64,000 nucleotides of DNA from Amphiscolops sp. MND2022. Its lineage: Eukaryota. The stretch lies in contig OZ076409.1 in NCBI GenBank assembly GCA_964187785.1, positions 97,528,001 to 97,592,000 of the forward strand, read 5' to 3'. A program made the position numbers and the translations under genes. Every line of letters starts with the position of its first letter. Position 1 is the stretch's first letter. The notes beneath the pieces were generated by a model. That model saw only the letters and a program-made list of their open reading frames with translations, was not told the origin of the DNA and searched no databases. Shown here piece by piece: positions 47,460-61,200 of this stretch.

Positions 47460-50400
47460 TCATTTATAAACTTCGAGAGGTGAAATCAATTGAATCGGTC
47501 TGCGAAAAGTCTTTTCAGCAGAGACCACTTCTGCAGCTCGGGCTTGACCATTACGCCCAAATAACAAATTAGAAATTTTTCCAATTCGCCAGCAATGTCG
47601 AGGTCGTTTTTCATGTAGCAGAACAAAATCGTTCACTTTGGGGTTCAAATTGCCGTTGCTGACATAAGTATGATGCTGGCGTAACTCAATAAGATAATCC
47701 CGTGACCAAATTGTCCAAAAATAGTCCACCAAGGATTTTAAAAACTGTTGACGTCTGTTAATATTCTGCGCCGCTTCAACTGGTATCGATACTGCTGATC
47801 CCAATAGTCCTCTCCCATTAACCAAGTGCGCTGGAGTAAGCGGTAGACAACCTGATGGACTGTCCAAGTACAAGTAACCCAGAGGTCTGCATATAACAAC
47901 CGCCTCAACTTCTGTAACCGTCGTGATTAACTCGTCATACCCAATGATTTGGCGACCCAATACTTTCCGAAGAGGTTCCTTCACCGACCGGACTAAGCGT
48001 TCCCAGAACCCTCCCCACCAAGGAGCAAGTTCCACGCTAAATTTCCATTTCACGCCTGGGTGTGCGAACTCATGACACAAGAAAGACACAAATTCTTTCA
48101 CCTCCCCACTGGCTCCTTTGAATGTTCTTCCGTTGTCTGAGAAGATCACCGTAGGAGTACCTCTCCTTGCTACAAATCTTTTGAAAGCCCTCATGAAACT
48201 TGGTACTGACAATGTTTGCGTCACCTCAAGGTGAACTGCTCGCGATGATGCGCATGTGATCAAGCAAATGTACGCCTTGTTGCTTCCCACGTCCGGATCG
48301 AAATACTTGAGGTACAAAGGACCTGCGAAGTCTATTCTAATGTACGTAAAAGCCGTAGAAGTAGACAACCTCTCCGCTGGTTAGTTCGCTTCGTCAGGAA
48401 CCTTGTATCCTACCTTTGCATATCGCTTGCAAAATTGACATGATTGCAGAACACGTCGAACCTGCTGCCGTGCCCGAATAACCCAAAACCGTTCCCTGAG
48501 TGCAGCGACCGCGCACCGCTCCGATCCATGCTTCACTAATTCATGATACTTTTGAATGATCAAATCAGACAAGTGATCACTTGCCGGTAAAGGTATCGGA
48601 TTTTTCGCATCGTATGAGAGGAACTTTGCCTCATGAAGCCTTGTGTTGCACCGTATCAGCCCATCTCCACTTAAGAACAACTTTAGTTCCTTGATTCTTG
48701 AAAGCTCGTTCCCCTTAAACGTTCTCAAGTGGGATAACTCTTGTGCAAAGTGCAACAGTTGTAGCGACGCTAGTATTCTCTTTTCAGCCTCCCAAAATCG
48801 TTGCCTGAACCTCATTTTTCTCGAAAGTTCCGCTAAATGGAGAAGTTGTTCTACCACCTTTACCAGTTTACTGTACCTACTATACCGTCTGCAGTCTACC
48901 ACCATCAAACCACCTGTAGTTTTCTGTTTCGATGTTTGTTGCTACTGCTGTCACCTTGAGTTGTTCCCCTGCCTTATCCAAAGGCCATTGTTCTTTTCCT
49001 CTTCTTGGAAACTCGGGACATTGGCACCACAGTTGACTGTTCTTAAGTTCTTTTATCCGCATTCCTCTTCAAGGAATGTCAGTTGGGTTACTATCCGATG
49101 GCACGTAATGCCACGATTCTGTGTTCCAAAGTAACCTTATTTCCTTCAGCCTACGTTGAACGAATTGACCTGTGTGAGGCATATGACTTCTGATCCACGA
49201 AAGAACTATTACCGAATCAGACCACCAATATGTCGCCCCCACCACGTCGCCTAAAGCGCTTCCTATACTCTTGCCTAGCCTTGCTGCCAAAAGAGCCGCC
49301 ACCAGCTCTAGTCTGGGTATCTTCTCTACCTCATTCAGTCCGCACACCTTGGTTTTAGATGCAATAAGAAACACTGATGTCTGAACGGTCATTTCTGTCT
49401 GACCGTAACACGTCACAGCGCATGCTTTCTTGGAAGCGTCCGCGAAAACATGCAAATTGATTTTGTATCTGCCTTTCATCTGAACGAATTGCCAATGAAT
49501 TGTCAACCTTTCTTGTCGCCATTCCTGAAAGATTTTCTTGAACACTTTTGCCTGTGTTTCAGGTAAAATATCGTCCCAACCAAAAGCTTTTCGCCAAAGT
49601 TCCTGCACCAAAATCTTTAGCTCTACAACCACTGGTAAAACTAACCTAAATGGATCGTAGACACCGGAAACAACACCCAAAACTGTCCTTTTGGTGAGAT
49701 TTTTGCAGTCCTTCAATTTGTCGACAACCTTCGAAAAATCTATAATAAGCATGTAATCAACTGCTGAATAAGATATCCCCAGCACCTTAACTTCCTCTTG
49801 GTCCTCAAACGAGTCCTGCAACAATTTCTTTTCAGCCAGTCGGTTGTAAACCCCTGAGCTGTTAGTTACCCATTTTCGCAAGCTCATCCCTGCATCCTTC
49901 ATAACTTTCACAAATATGGACACCAACTTTTCAGCTTCGTTGTCTGAAGGTACACTCAATGTCAAATCGTCGACATAAAAACGTTCCAGAAGTCTTTTCA
50001 AACCACAGCGGTCCTCCTCTGTAACTGCCTGCTCCAACCATCTTTTCAAGTGCACCCTGATTGTAACATTCAAGAGGAATGGACTACAGACAAACCCAAA
50101 AACCACTATCAAATATCTAAAAACTTTTACATTTCTTGTTGGCTGGAGTGCATCACCGTACCAGAGAATCCTCAAAGAATCTATGTCATCCTGATCAATG
50201 CACACTTGTAGGAACGCTTTTTCAATATCCGCTAACACTGTAACCTGGCATAACCGAAACCGCAAGAGAATCTCGAACAATGAAACCAGTGAATTGGGTC
50301 CTTTGGACAGACAATCGTTAATTGAATAGTCAAACTTCGCAGACATGGCTGCACCATCTAAAACAACTCTCAGTTTGGTAGTCGCTTTGTCCTCCCTGAT

Positions 50401-53400
50401 AACCGCGTGATGCGGGGTATAATGACAGAACCTTTCTGACCTTACCTCATTATCTGGAACTTCTTCCAATATTCCCGCCTTTACCAGATCCTTCAACACC
50501 TCATCGTATTCTTTCAGCCTTCCTCTGTTAATTGTACTCCGGGTTGTTGACTCCAACCTTGCTGCAGCCAAGCTCCTGTGGTCCCGCAAGAACTGTTTGT
50601 TGTCGTTTCAAGGGAGTTTTGCCACGTAGCGTTCTCCATTGTACTTCACTGACTCTTCGAAATTCGTAAGAATTGGATCTTCTCCGACACCTATACCTAA
50701 ACTTTCAAATCCCCAAAACGATTCAATTTTTTCCGACAAAGTGTCTTCTCCCCGAACGGAGCAAACAAAAGTTCCAACTGAGCTATCGCTGCTATCTTCA
50801 CCGCATGTTATAGGCCCAGACAATACCCAACCGAACTTGCTGCTCACTGCACTTAGTTTCTTAACGAAGCCACCCACAATGACATCTGACGTGACAAACT
50901 GGTAGTACAAGTCTGACCCGATAAGAATGTTGACCGACAAAGAACCTGAAATGTCCTCTCTGAAGTCTTCAGCCAACTGAAGATTGCTCAAATACTTATG
51001 CTGCCCCTTTATTGCATGGATGTTACACGGGTTCAGCAGAGGCGAACATATGGTCTGCATCCCCACTAAATTCACGAAACCTTTTCCCAAAGAGTTTGTA
51101 TGCACGCTCTGTAAACCCATCGTTGACTTTCTTGTTTTGTCAGACCCGAATGCGTTCAAAGAAAAGGACTTTTGACCAACGGCTTTCAAGCCACATCTTG
51201 CGACGAACTCTTCTGCGATGTAAGACTGCTGCGAACATTTGTCAAGAAGAATTCTTCCCTTGCAACCTTCGCCTAAACCGTTTGAAATCGTTGTGACCGC
51301 CGTTTCCAGCAATACCGGACGTCTGCTAGAACAAAGTGAAACTGACGTTGAATCTGTTTTGCTGCCTCTTGAAGAACATTCTTCGCCATGACTAGGCTTA
51401 TCATCTTTCACTGGACGATTGTTGTTTTGATAGTTATGAACCCGATTCAAATTGCGGCCCGTATCGCCTTGTGATACACTCCCCGGTGGATGAAACGAGT
51501 TCAGCGAGCTCTGTCCTTGGTTATAGTTCTGCTGCTTCCACTGATGCTGCTTTCCAACCCCCGCTGCATTCCGATTACTGTTAAACATGTTGCCGCTTGC
51601 TCCTGTTGTCGGTACTGTCTTGAAGCAAATCGCTTGGTGAGGTTCCTTGCCACACCTGAAACAACCCTTAACCTGACACGTTTTAGACAAGTGACCTCCC
51701 CGGAGGCACTTGAAACACCTTCCTTTCTCTATCAAATACCTTTTCCGTTCTTTGGGCGTCTGAATCATCGAACATTTATGACTAGTATGGTTTCCATTGC
51801 AGAAGACGCACCCTTTAACTTGCAGTTTAGCCACAAATGAACCTGCTGTACCATCTGACTCACCTCTATCTAGAACTGGCTTATTGCCACCTGCTGCTCT
51901 CTGTACCGAGAAGGCACACTTCTCCCTAGCCTCAACCTCCTTGCTAAGAAGCTCTAACAGCTCCTTCAATTTCCAAATCTCCGACGAAATGAATCTTGTT
52001 AACTGTAACTTTATGTCCTCCGGTAACTTCCCTAACAGAATTGGAATTAACAGAGACCTAAAAGTACTTTGATCCACTGACAAAGATTGAAGACCTCTGA
52101 TGATAACCTCCATTGTCCCACAAAACTCCGAAGCCTACCGACATCCTTTCCTTCTGCAACAGCAGGTAGTTTCACCAACCGATCCATGAAGTTTGAAACA
52201 AGCCGTTGCTTATCTCCAAACTGCTTCTCTAGCAACTGCCACGCACTGTCGTAGTTTGCGCTAGTTATGGGAAGACCGGAAATTGTCTCCGCAGCTCTCC
52301 CCAACAAGCTAGATTTCAGGTAAGTGAACTTGTCAATTTTGGACAAAGACTTGTTTTCATGTACAGCGTGCCCAAAAAAGTCCCGAAAGTTCAACCATTT
52401 GGCTACGTTACCGTCAAATTTTGGCAAGTCCACCTTCGGAAGTCTAACATTTTTTATAGCGCTTAGAACTTTGTCATGTTTTACCGCTGCAATCTGTTGA
52501 ATGTGCTTTCGTCAGGGACTCTTTGTCTCTTTCTTCACCATCTTCTAATCCGCCGGCCGCTTTGTTACCATGACATAATCCTTCTCCGACAGCACCAACA
52601 GTTCGAACTCCGCTGCTCGAAGTTGCAGAAAGTCCAACTCTCCCTGCCCCTTCTCCAACTGAACCATGGAATTGATTCAGTGGACTCCACAGGTTGTGTG
52701 GAAGAAAACTCTCCTCCGTTTCAAATCTGCCGCTTTCTTGCAATGATCTGTTGTCCCAAATACTCCCTTGGCGCTCAACCCATTGTGTATTTGTCTGGTA
52801 ACAACCTAAACCACCGCTACTACACTGGTCGCCACTGCTTGGCTCCTGTCCTGACCCCGAACGTAGTATGTCGTCCCTTTCAGCCCCAGGAATGCCTTCA
52901 CGATACCGCGAAGGAGACGTTACGTTCTCAATGTTGAAGCCGACGGTTCTTCCCGACCGGATAACATCAGTTTGCCTCAATACAGAACCCGTTGTCGCTC
53001 TTGTGTCCGTATTCCGTACGACACCAGCATCGAAACCTGATTCCTCGTCCAACCTTGTTTCCTCCAACGCCCTTCTTCCTGTACTCAAATCAACAACTTC
53101 TTCGGCGTTAGGATTTTCATAGCTTCTTCTGCTTCCTACTTGAAATGCAAGAGCCTTCACTTTGGCAAAGTCTCTTCAAAAAGTTCAATGGCGCAAATGC
53201 ACTCCTCGAGTAGCATTAACGCCGCCTGACACTTTTCAACGTTTTCTGTCACCGCTGATTCATCAACTTCCTCTTCGGCGAACGCCTCGTCCAATTCCCT
53301 ATCAAATTTTTCCATCGCTAACCGCGAATCCCCAAGATTTTTCTTGATTGCCCGCAACCGCGAAAATTTTTTCTGCGAAAAATCTTCCGTATCGGAGATT

Positions 53401-53486
53401 AACGTCTCCGCATCTTTGACCAACTTTTCAATCACTTTCATGTGACCCTGTTGCTTACTTTTAATTCTTTTCACTGAATTGTTCAT
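47460..53486 (-). pseudogene. BEL/Pao gag-pol, broken into about 8 ORF pieces
   Basis: ORF track pieces 53157-53528, 52474-53160, 52047-52433, 50608-52113, 49069-50589, 48880-49062, 48381-48908 and 47460-48368 are collinear polyprotein segments. Confidence 0.92.
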
Positions 53487-54650
53487 TTTCCGGAGTGTTT
53501 TTCTGTTTTTTGGTTCCTTTTTTTGCACTTTTTCTTTTTTCGTGGCACAGTTTTTGTCACGTTTTAAACTCTTAAATTCAGTATTTCCCCAATTTCAAAG
53601 TCTCGAGGTGGTTTTTTTCAAATTTTTTTCAAACCAGGAGCGCCATGTTTCGAAACGTCAAACGTATCGAAAAGATTATCCTGTTTGATAATTTCAATTC
53701 TTTCGGTAACGTAAACTTTCAATAACAAACTGTTATTGAGCTTTCCTTTGTGTTGTTATTTCGAATTGACTAAAGACTACTGTTATTGAAAGTTTCTGTT
53801 ATTGAAAGTTTACGTTACCGAAAGAATTGAAATTATCAAACAGGATAATCTTTCCGACACGTTCGACGTTTCGAAACAATAGTGCCGAAAAAAGCTTCAA
53901 GCTCTCCAAACGCTTTTTTCAGGTACGCTCTTCAGGCAAACATTCGTTGGTAAGTCGCATAGTACCGAAAAACAAACCAAAAGTGGGCCTCTATGCTGGA
54001 AAAAAAACGCTATATTTCTGCTAAAAATCGAGAGCGAGGTTTCAGCGTCCAAAAATCCAGAAAGTTACATACGTCCAAAAAACACCAAAGGGGGGCAACA
54101 CCAAAACACCTCTCTTGGTCTCCCTCTACTTTTGCAAGAATTAAAAATCGGGTTAGTGCTAGACTCGAACCCACGAACTCCTACTTTTCAGACCTCGTCC
54201 CAGACCTCAAAAATCGTAGTTAACATTTAGGCCGAATGGCAGTTAGAAGTTACTAAGTTAGTATAAGCATAGAGCTTATAGAAATCTGTCACGTGACTGG
54301 TCCTTAAAAAAGCCAATGCTATAGTCGGTTCGTTTCTTCGAAAAGCGCCGACTACAAATAGCGAGAAAAACTAAACTGAAACGTTTAGAGATGGATGAAA
54401 GCCATTTCGGCAGTTACTCTTCTCGGCCGTGATATCTTAAACCGTAAAACTTAACTTCGCAATTGTAATCCACTTTCAATCGCTCATCGTTGGAGAGGAT
54501 TTGAGAAAAATTCTTCAGAAAGTTCTCTAAAACTCGATCTGTTGTATTTTAACTATTTATAGACATTAAAAGCTAACAAACAGGTCTCACTGAAAAGATT
54601 CTAAGCACAATTGTCTTCCAAAAAACTTCACTGACAGAGAAAATTTTTTA

Positions 54651-55114
54651 ACAAGCCGGGACCGGCTCAAGTCGGCGCCATATCTAAGGCTCAAAAATAG
54701 CAAAAGGACTTCAATATGTCAAAGTATTAGTGAGTTGAAGACCCTTTTATGAAAAAAAAAATTCGGAAAAAAAGTCTCACAATGCCGAAAAAACTGAAAG
54801 GGAAGACCCTTTGGGGGTTTTCAACATCCATTTTGTCACAAAACATCAAAAAATTGAAGGGGGAAAATTTTTATTTTCGGGAAAAAATCTCACAGTGCCG
54901 AAAAAAAATAAAAGGGGGACCCTTTGGTCTCGCCCGGTATGGTATGTTACGCGGGAAAAACCTTTTTGGTTCAGTTCGCTAAGCCAAATGGTGCAATAAT
55001 ATTTTGTAGAACTTTTGTAAAACTATTTTGGTCAGTACAGGTGGTCTTAAATAAACACTGACGAAAAGCCATGCCTATAGTCGACTGTTTTCTGAAGAAA
55101 AGCGCCGTCTAAAA
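54651..55114 (-). mobile_element. HINE/DINE-1-like (Helentron-associated) element, type copy with a visible empty site
   Basis: Family 5' end TTTTTAGTCGGCGC plus stem-loop; 3' subTIR GCGCCGACT plus hairpin GCCGGTCCCGGC and TTGTT. Absent from the duplicate locus near 59066; no TSD. Confidence 0.85.
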
Positions 55115-55525
55115 AATGAGTAAAAACAGCTCCTAGCAGCAAAAACCTTTAGGAATTCTAGGGTTGAAAAAAACAACAAAAACGCTGTCATATCCAGAAT
55201 CCTTCGGGAAAGGCAAAAAGAAATCCAACTCTGCGTAGGTATAAAATACTGTATCAATATACGATCCCAACATTTAGATTTTTCAATAAAAACATTAAAT
55301 CTAGCCGAAAAAAAATTAATAAGCCCGGCTAGGGTGCGTTTATCTCAAATAAGAGATAGTTCTCGTCTTGGTTCTTAATACACCAAATTTCATGCTATAT
55401 CCGAAGTCCTCACGCTGCCATTAAATTGGGTTATTTTCCTTTCAACAGAAAATACGTATTATGTATACATCGGGAAAAACGTTCACCAAGCGAGGTTTGA
55501 ATCAACAACCGACAGCCCGGAGGCA

Positions 55526-58293
55526 CATCGTTGACATTCTTCTGTTTTGTCAGACCCGAATGCGTTCAAAGAAAAGGACTTTTGACCAACGGCTTTCAAG
55601 CCACATCTTGCGGCGAACTCTTCTGCGATGTAAGACTGCTGCGAACATTTGTCAAGAAGAATTCTTCCCTTGCAACCTTCGCCTAAACCGTTTGAAATCG
55701 TTGTGACCGCCGTTTCCAGCAATACCTGACGTCTGCTAGAACAAAGTGAAACTGACGTTGAATCTGTCTTGCTTCCTCCTGAAGAACTTTCTTCGCCATG
55801 ACTAGGCTTATCATCTTTCACTGGACGATTGTTGTTTTGATAGTTATGAACCCGATTCAAATTGCGGCCCGTATCGCCTTGTGATACACTCCCCGGTGGA
55901 TGAAACGAGTTCAGCGAGCTCTGTCCTTGGTTATAGTTCTGCTGCTTCCACTGATGCTGCTTTCCAACCCCCGCTGCATTCCGATTACTGTTAAACATGT
56001 TGCCGCTTGCTCCTGTTGTCGGTACTGTCTTGAAGCAAATCGCTTGGTGAGGTTCCTTGCCACACCTGAAACAACCCTTAACCTGACACGTTTTAGACAA
56101 GTGACCTCCCCGGAGGCACTTGAAACACCTTCCTTTCTCTATCAAATACCTTTTCCGTTCTTTGGGCGTCTGAATCATCGAACATTTATGACTAGTATGG
56201 TTTCCATTGCAGAAGACGCACCCTTTAACTTGCAGTTTAGCCACAAATGAACCTGCTGTACCATCTGACTCACCTCTATCTAGAACTGGCTTATTGCCAC
56301 CTGCTGCTCTCTGTACCGAGAAGGCACACTTCTCCCTAGCCTCAACCTCCTTGCTAAGAAGCTCTAACAGCTCCTTCAATTTCCAAATCTCCGACGAAAT
56401 GAATCTTGTTAACTGTAACTTTATGTCCTCCGGTAACTTCCCTAACAGAATTGGAATTAACAGAGACCTAAAAGTACTTTGATCCACTGACAAAGATTGA
56501 AGACCTCTGATGATAACCTCCATTGTCCCACAAAACTCCGAAGCCTACCGACATCCTTTCCTTCTGCAACAGCAGGTAGTTTCACCAACCGATCCATGAA
56601 GTTTGAAACAAGCCGTTGCTTATCTCCAAACTGCTTCTCTAGCAACTGCCACGCACTGTCGTAGTTTGCGCTAGTTATGGGAAGACCGGAAATTGTCTCC
56701 GCAGCTCTCCCCAACAAGCTAGATTTCAGGTAAGTGAACTTGTCAATTTTGGACAAAGACTTGTTTTCATGTACAGCGTGCCCAAAAAAGTCCCGAAAGT
56801 TCAACCATTCGGCTACGTTACCGTCAAATTTTGGCAAGTCCACCTTCGGAAGTCTAAAATTTTTTATAGCGCTTAGAACTTTGTCATGTTTTACCGCTGC
56901 AATCTGTTGATAGTGCTTTCGTCAGGGACTCTTTGTCTTTTTCTTCACCATCTTCTAATCCGCCGGCCGCTTTGTTACCATGACATAATCCTTCTCCGAC
57001 AGCACCAACAGTTCGAACTCCGCTGCTCGAAGTTGCAGAAAGTCCAACTCTCCCTGCCCCTTCTCCAACTGAACCATGGAATTGATTCAGTGGACTCCAC
57101 AGGTTGTGTGGAAGAAAACTCTCTTCCGTTTCAAATCTGCCGCTTTCTTGCAATGATCTGTTGTCCCAAATACTCCCTTGGCGCTCAGCCCATTGTGTAT
57201 TTGTCTGGTAACGACCTAAACCACCGCTACTCCACTGGTCGCCACTGCTTGGCTCCTGTCCTGACCCCAAACGTAGTATGTCGTCCCTTTCAGCCCCAGG
57301 AATGCCTTCACGATACCGCGAAGGAGACGTTACGTTCTCAATGTTGAAGCCGACGGTTCTTCCCGACCGGATAACATCAGTTTGCCTCAATACAGAAACC
57401 GTTGTCGCTCTTGTGTCCGTATTCCGTACGACACCAGCATCGAAACCTGATTCCTCGTCCAACCTTGTTTCCTCCAACGCCCTTCTTCCTGTACTCAAAT
57501 CAACAACTTCTTCGGCGTTAGGATTTTCATAGCTTCTTCTGCTTCCTACTTGAAATGCAAGAGCCTTCACTTTGGCAAAGTCTTCTTCAAAAAGTTCAAT
57601 GGCGCAAATGCACTCCTCGAGTAGCATTAACGCCGCCTGACACTTTTCAACGTTTTCTGTCACCGCTGATTCATCAACTTCTTCCTCTTCGGCGAACGCC
57701 TCGTCCAATTCCCTATCAAATTTTTTCATCGCTAACCGCGAATCCCCAAGTTTTTTCTTGATTGCCCGCAACCGCGAAAATTTTTTCTGCGAAAAATCTT
57801 CCGTATCGGAGATTAACGTCTCCGCATCTTTAACCAACTTTTCAATCACATTCATGTGACCCTGTTGCTTACTTTTAATTCTTTTCACTGAATTGTTCAT
57901 TTTCCGGAGTGTTTTTCTGTTTTCTTTGGTTCCTTTTTCTGCACTTTTTCATTTTTCGTGGCACAGTTTTTGTCACGTTTTAAACTCTTAAATTCAGTAT
58001 TTCCCCAATTTCAAAGTCTCGAGGTGGTTTTTTTCAAATTTTTTCAAACCAGGAGCGCCATGTTTCGAAACGTCAAACGTATCGAAAAGATTATCCTGTT
58101 TGATAATTTCAATTCTTTCGGTAACGTAAACTTTCAATAACAAACTGTTATTGAGCTTTCCTTTGTGTTGTTATTTCGAATTGACTAAAGACTACTGTAA
58201 TTGAAAGTTTCTGTTATTGAAAGTTTACGTTACCGAAAGAATTGAAATTATCAAACAGGATAATCTTTCCGATACGTTCGACGTTTCGAAACA
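55526..58293 (-). mobile_element. Second, 3'-truncated BEL/Pao copy (gag, part of protease and fold-back LTR) within a tandem duplication
   Basis: Near-identical to 51118-53878; ORFs 56884-57900, 56457-56843 and 55483-56523. Confidence 0.93.
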
Positions 58294-61200
58294 ATAGTGC
58301 CGAAAAAAGCTTCAAGCTCGCCAAACGTTTTTTTCAGGTAAGCTCTTCAGGCAAACATTCGTTGGTAAGTCGCATAGTACCGAAAAACAAACCAAAAGTG
58401 GGCCTCTATGCTGGCAAAAAACGCTATATTTCTGCTAAAAATCGAGAGCGGGGTTTCAGCGTCCAAAAATCCAGAAAGTTACATACGTCCAAAAAACACC
58501 AAAGGGGGGCAACACCAAAACACCTCTTTTGGTCTCCCTCTACTTTTGCAAGAATTAAAAATCGGGTTAGTGCTAGACTCGAACCCACGAACTCCTACTT
58601 TTCAGACCTCGTCCCAGACCTCAAAAATCGTAGTTAACATTTAGGCCGAATGGCAGTTAGAAGTTACTAAGTTATTATAAGCATAGAGCTTATAGAAATC
58701 TGTCAGGTGACTGGTCTTTAAAAAAGCCAATGCTATAGTCGGTTCGTTTCTTCGAAAAGCGCCGACTACAAATAGCGAGAAAAACTAAACTGAAACGTTT
58801 AGAGATGGATGAAAGCCGTTTCGGCAGTTACACTACTCGGCAGTGATATCTTAAACCGTAAAACTAAACTTCGCAATTGTGATCCACTTTCAATCGCTCA
58901 TCGTTGAAGAGGATTTGAGAAAAATTCTTCAGAAAGTTCTCCAAAACTCAACGTGTTGTATTTTAACTATTTATAGACATTAAAAGCTAACAAACAGGTC
59001 TCACTGAAAAGATTCTAAGCACAATTGTCTTCCAAAAAACTTCAGTGACATTCAAAAAATTTTTTAAATGAGTAAAAACAGCTCCCAGCAGCAAAAAGCT
59101 TTAGGAATTCTGGGGTTGAAAAAAAAAACAACAAAAACGCTGTCATATCCAGTATCCTTCGAGAAAGGCAAAAGGAAATCCAACTCTGCGTAGGTATAAA
59201 ATACTGTATCAATATACGATCCCAACATTTAGATTTTTCATTTAAAACATTAAATCTAGCTGAAAAAAATTCAATAAGCCCGGCTACGGTGCGTTTTTCT
59301 CAAATGAAATAGTTCTCGTCTTGGTTCTTAATACACCAAATACATCGGCAAAAAACGTTCACCAAGCGAGGTTTGAATCAACAACCGACAGCCCGGAGGC
59401 ACATGTACCTAAAATTACTTGCATGTCACTTTCTTCAAAATAGGTCCCTTCGGGGTATAGTATTATTTCTGCTTTTAGACTTTCATGTTCAATATTAGAA
59501 GCATATCTTCATCATTAATATAGCGCACAATTATTCACTCTGCCAGTTTACACCCCCCTTCAATTCATCTCGGACTAAAGCAAATATAAAGACTAAGTGT
59601 AGACGTACTTTCGTATTCGCATTTGAATGCAGGCGAAGCTCTCAACGAACGAAAAATTAACACTCATTCACTTCATCTCAATAACTCGGGGCAACGAAAG
59701 CACAATTACGAACATTCGCTCGCTTCATCTCAATGACGTCAGCATACGAATGGATAATTACCACTCGCTCGTTCCATCGCACTAGAATTGAATTGTTGTC
59801 GGCAGCTTGAGAAATTTATTTCCCACGCTTACAGTCACTGCCGAACAAAATATCTGAATTATTCAGTATCCTCCGAAAAATTGTACTGAAAAAAAGTAGA
59901 AAGTTTGAGGTTACAATAATATTCCTGCTAAAGCAGAAATATTTAAAAAAGTAAAGTAACTAAAATAGTCAAGTGGACGGAACTTGGAAAAAAATGGCAC
60001 GAGAAACGCTTATACTCACTGCCGAATAAAATATCTAAATTTTTCAGTAGGTGCTCGGAATCAAGACGAAAATTGAGCTAGAAAAAAGTTGCACAGTTCA
60101 GATTCCAATATTATTCCTGCTATGGCAGAAATAATAACACAGAAGCGAAGCCGTGCTTCGCAAACACATGCAAACTTTCGAAGAAAACCAAAGAAGCAAT
60201 AGCATATGGCGAACCAAGGGTGAAGGGACATTAAAATTTCATCAATTTTGCAGCGCCAAAAATACCTGAAGGGATACGCGTAAGTCTCGAAAACCATTCT
60301 TCCTCAACTGGAAACAGCAAAAACCCCATCTTCTAAACGGAAAACCTTTGAAACAGAAAATTGAAGAAAAATTTCCGAAAAGTGCCGAAAACCTTGAAGA
60401 GTCCTTAATGCTCGCAAACCGATTATTCTTGTGAACATTGAGGAGGGGCTTCGATGAAAAGAAACTTGAAAAAAGTCGAATACAAAAACACCGGTCTTGA
60501 AAAAAAAACAAAAATCGGATATTGCGTATTGGCCTGAGAAAACCTAAGTTTAAGACAAAAGATATTCCTTTTGAAAATTCTCATAATGCCGAAACGAAAA
60601 CTGTAAAAGGGGGCCCTGTCAGATTTTTTAACATCCATTCTGTTGCAAAATTTCAAAAAAAAAATGGTTAAAGAACAACAGATGTAATAAGTTGTAAACA
60701 ACATAAGTAAACAGTTGTAATAAGTTTATGGAGTGCATTCCGGCTACTCTTTGTCTCAAATTGAGAAAATGTTCGAAGGGTCAAACAGACTAAGTTATTT
60801 AAAGCTATTTAGAGTCCACTGTAAAGCAAGGACTATTTAAATCTTTGCCGAACAAAGACGGTATGATAGCTTCGGTTCGAAGCAATAGTGAATTGAAATT
60901 ATGACAGAGAAATTGCTTTGACTTGAAAGCAGGCATGAATTTTAGATGTGAAAAACAATTACGACTTAACTTGCTTTTGCCTGGAAGCAGTGTTGAAAAC
61001 AATTAAAGATTTTAATTGCTTCTACTTGAGAGCAGGATTGAAAAAGCTTAAGACATTAATTGCTTTTACCTGGAAGCAGAACTGAAAATAGTTCAAGTTA
61101 GAACTAATAAAAGTCCCAGCAAAATGAAACTGAAAGCTCCAAAAAGAAAATTGGAAAAAATTGACTCACAAATGCTCCGCGCTGATGATGGGGATGGAAC

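Larger units (their letters stand above)
47184..53878 (-). mobile_element. BEL/Pao LTR retrotransposon, near full length, with a disrupted gag-pol
   Basis: Domain order: Gag (LPKFDGN..W..F, KFTYLKSSL, three Cys/His knuckles), protease-like ILLDKCSQQSYI, RT FYVDDL, RNase H LHVFADAS...IPRLEL, integrase zinc finger plus IDFAGP/SDNG/WERLV. PBS TGGCGCTCC follows ...AAACA at 53646; PPT GGGAGGA precedes TGTTG at 47329. Confidence 0.95.
51118..59404. repeat. Tandem segmental duplication: copy 1 at 51118-55528, copy 2 at 55526-59404
   Basis: Collinear near-identity that includes non-TE flank; junction microhomology CAT. Confidence 0.92.

Noticed and set aside
52047..53160. Programmed ribosomal frameshifts in BEL gag
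   Set aside because: BEL/Pao elements normally have a single ORF. The breaks fall inside Gag domains and one is absent from the duplicate, so they are best read as decay.
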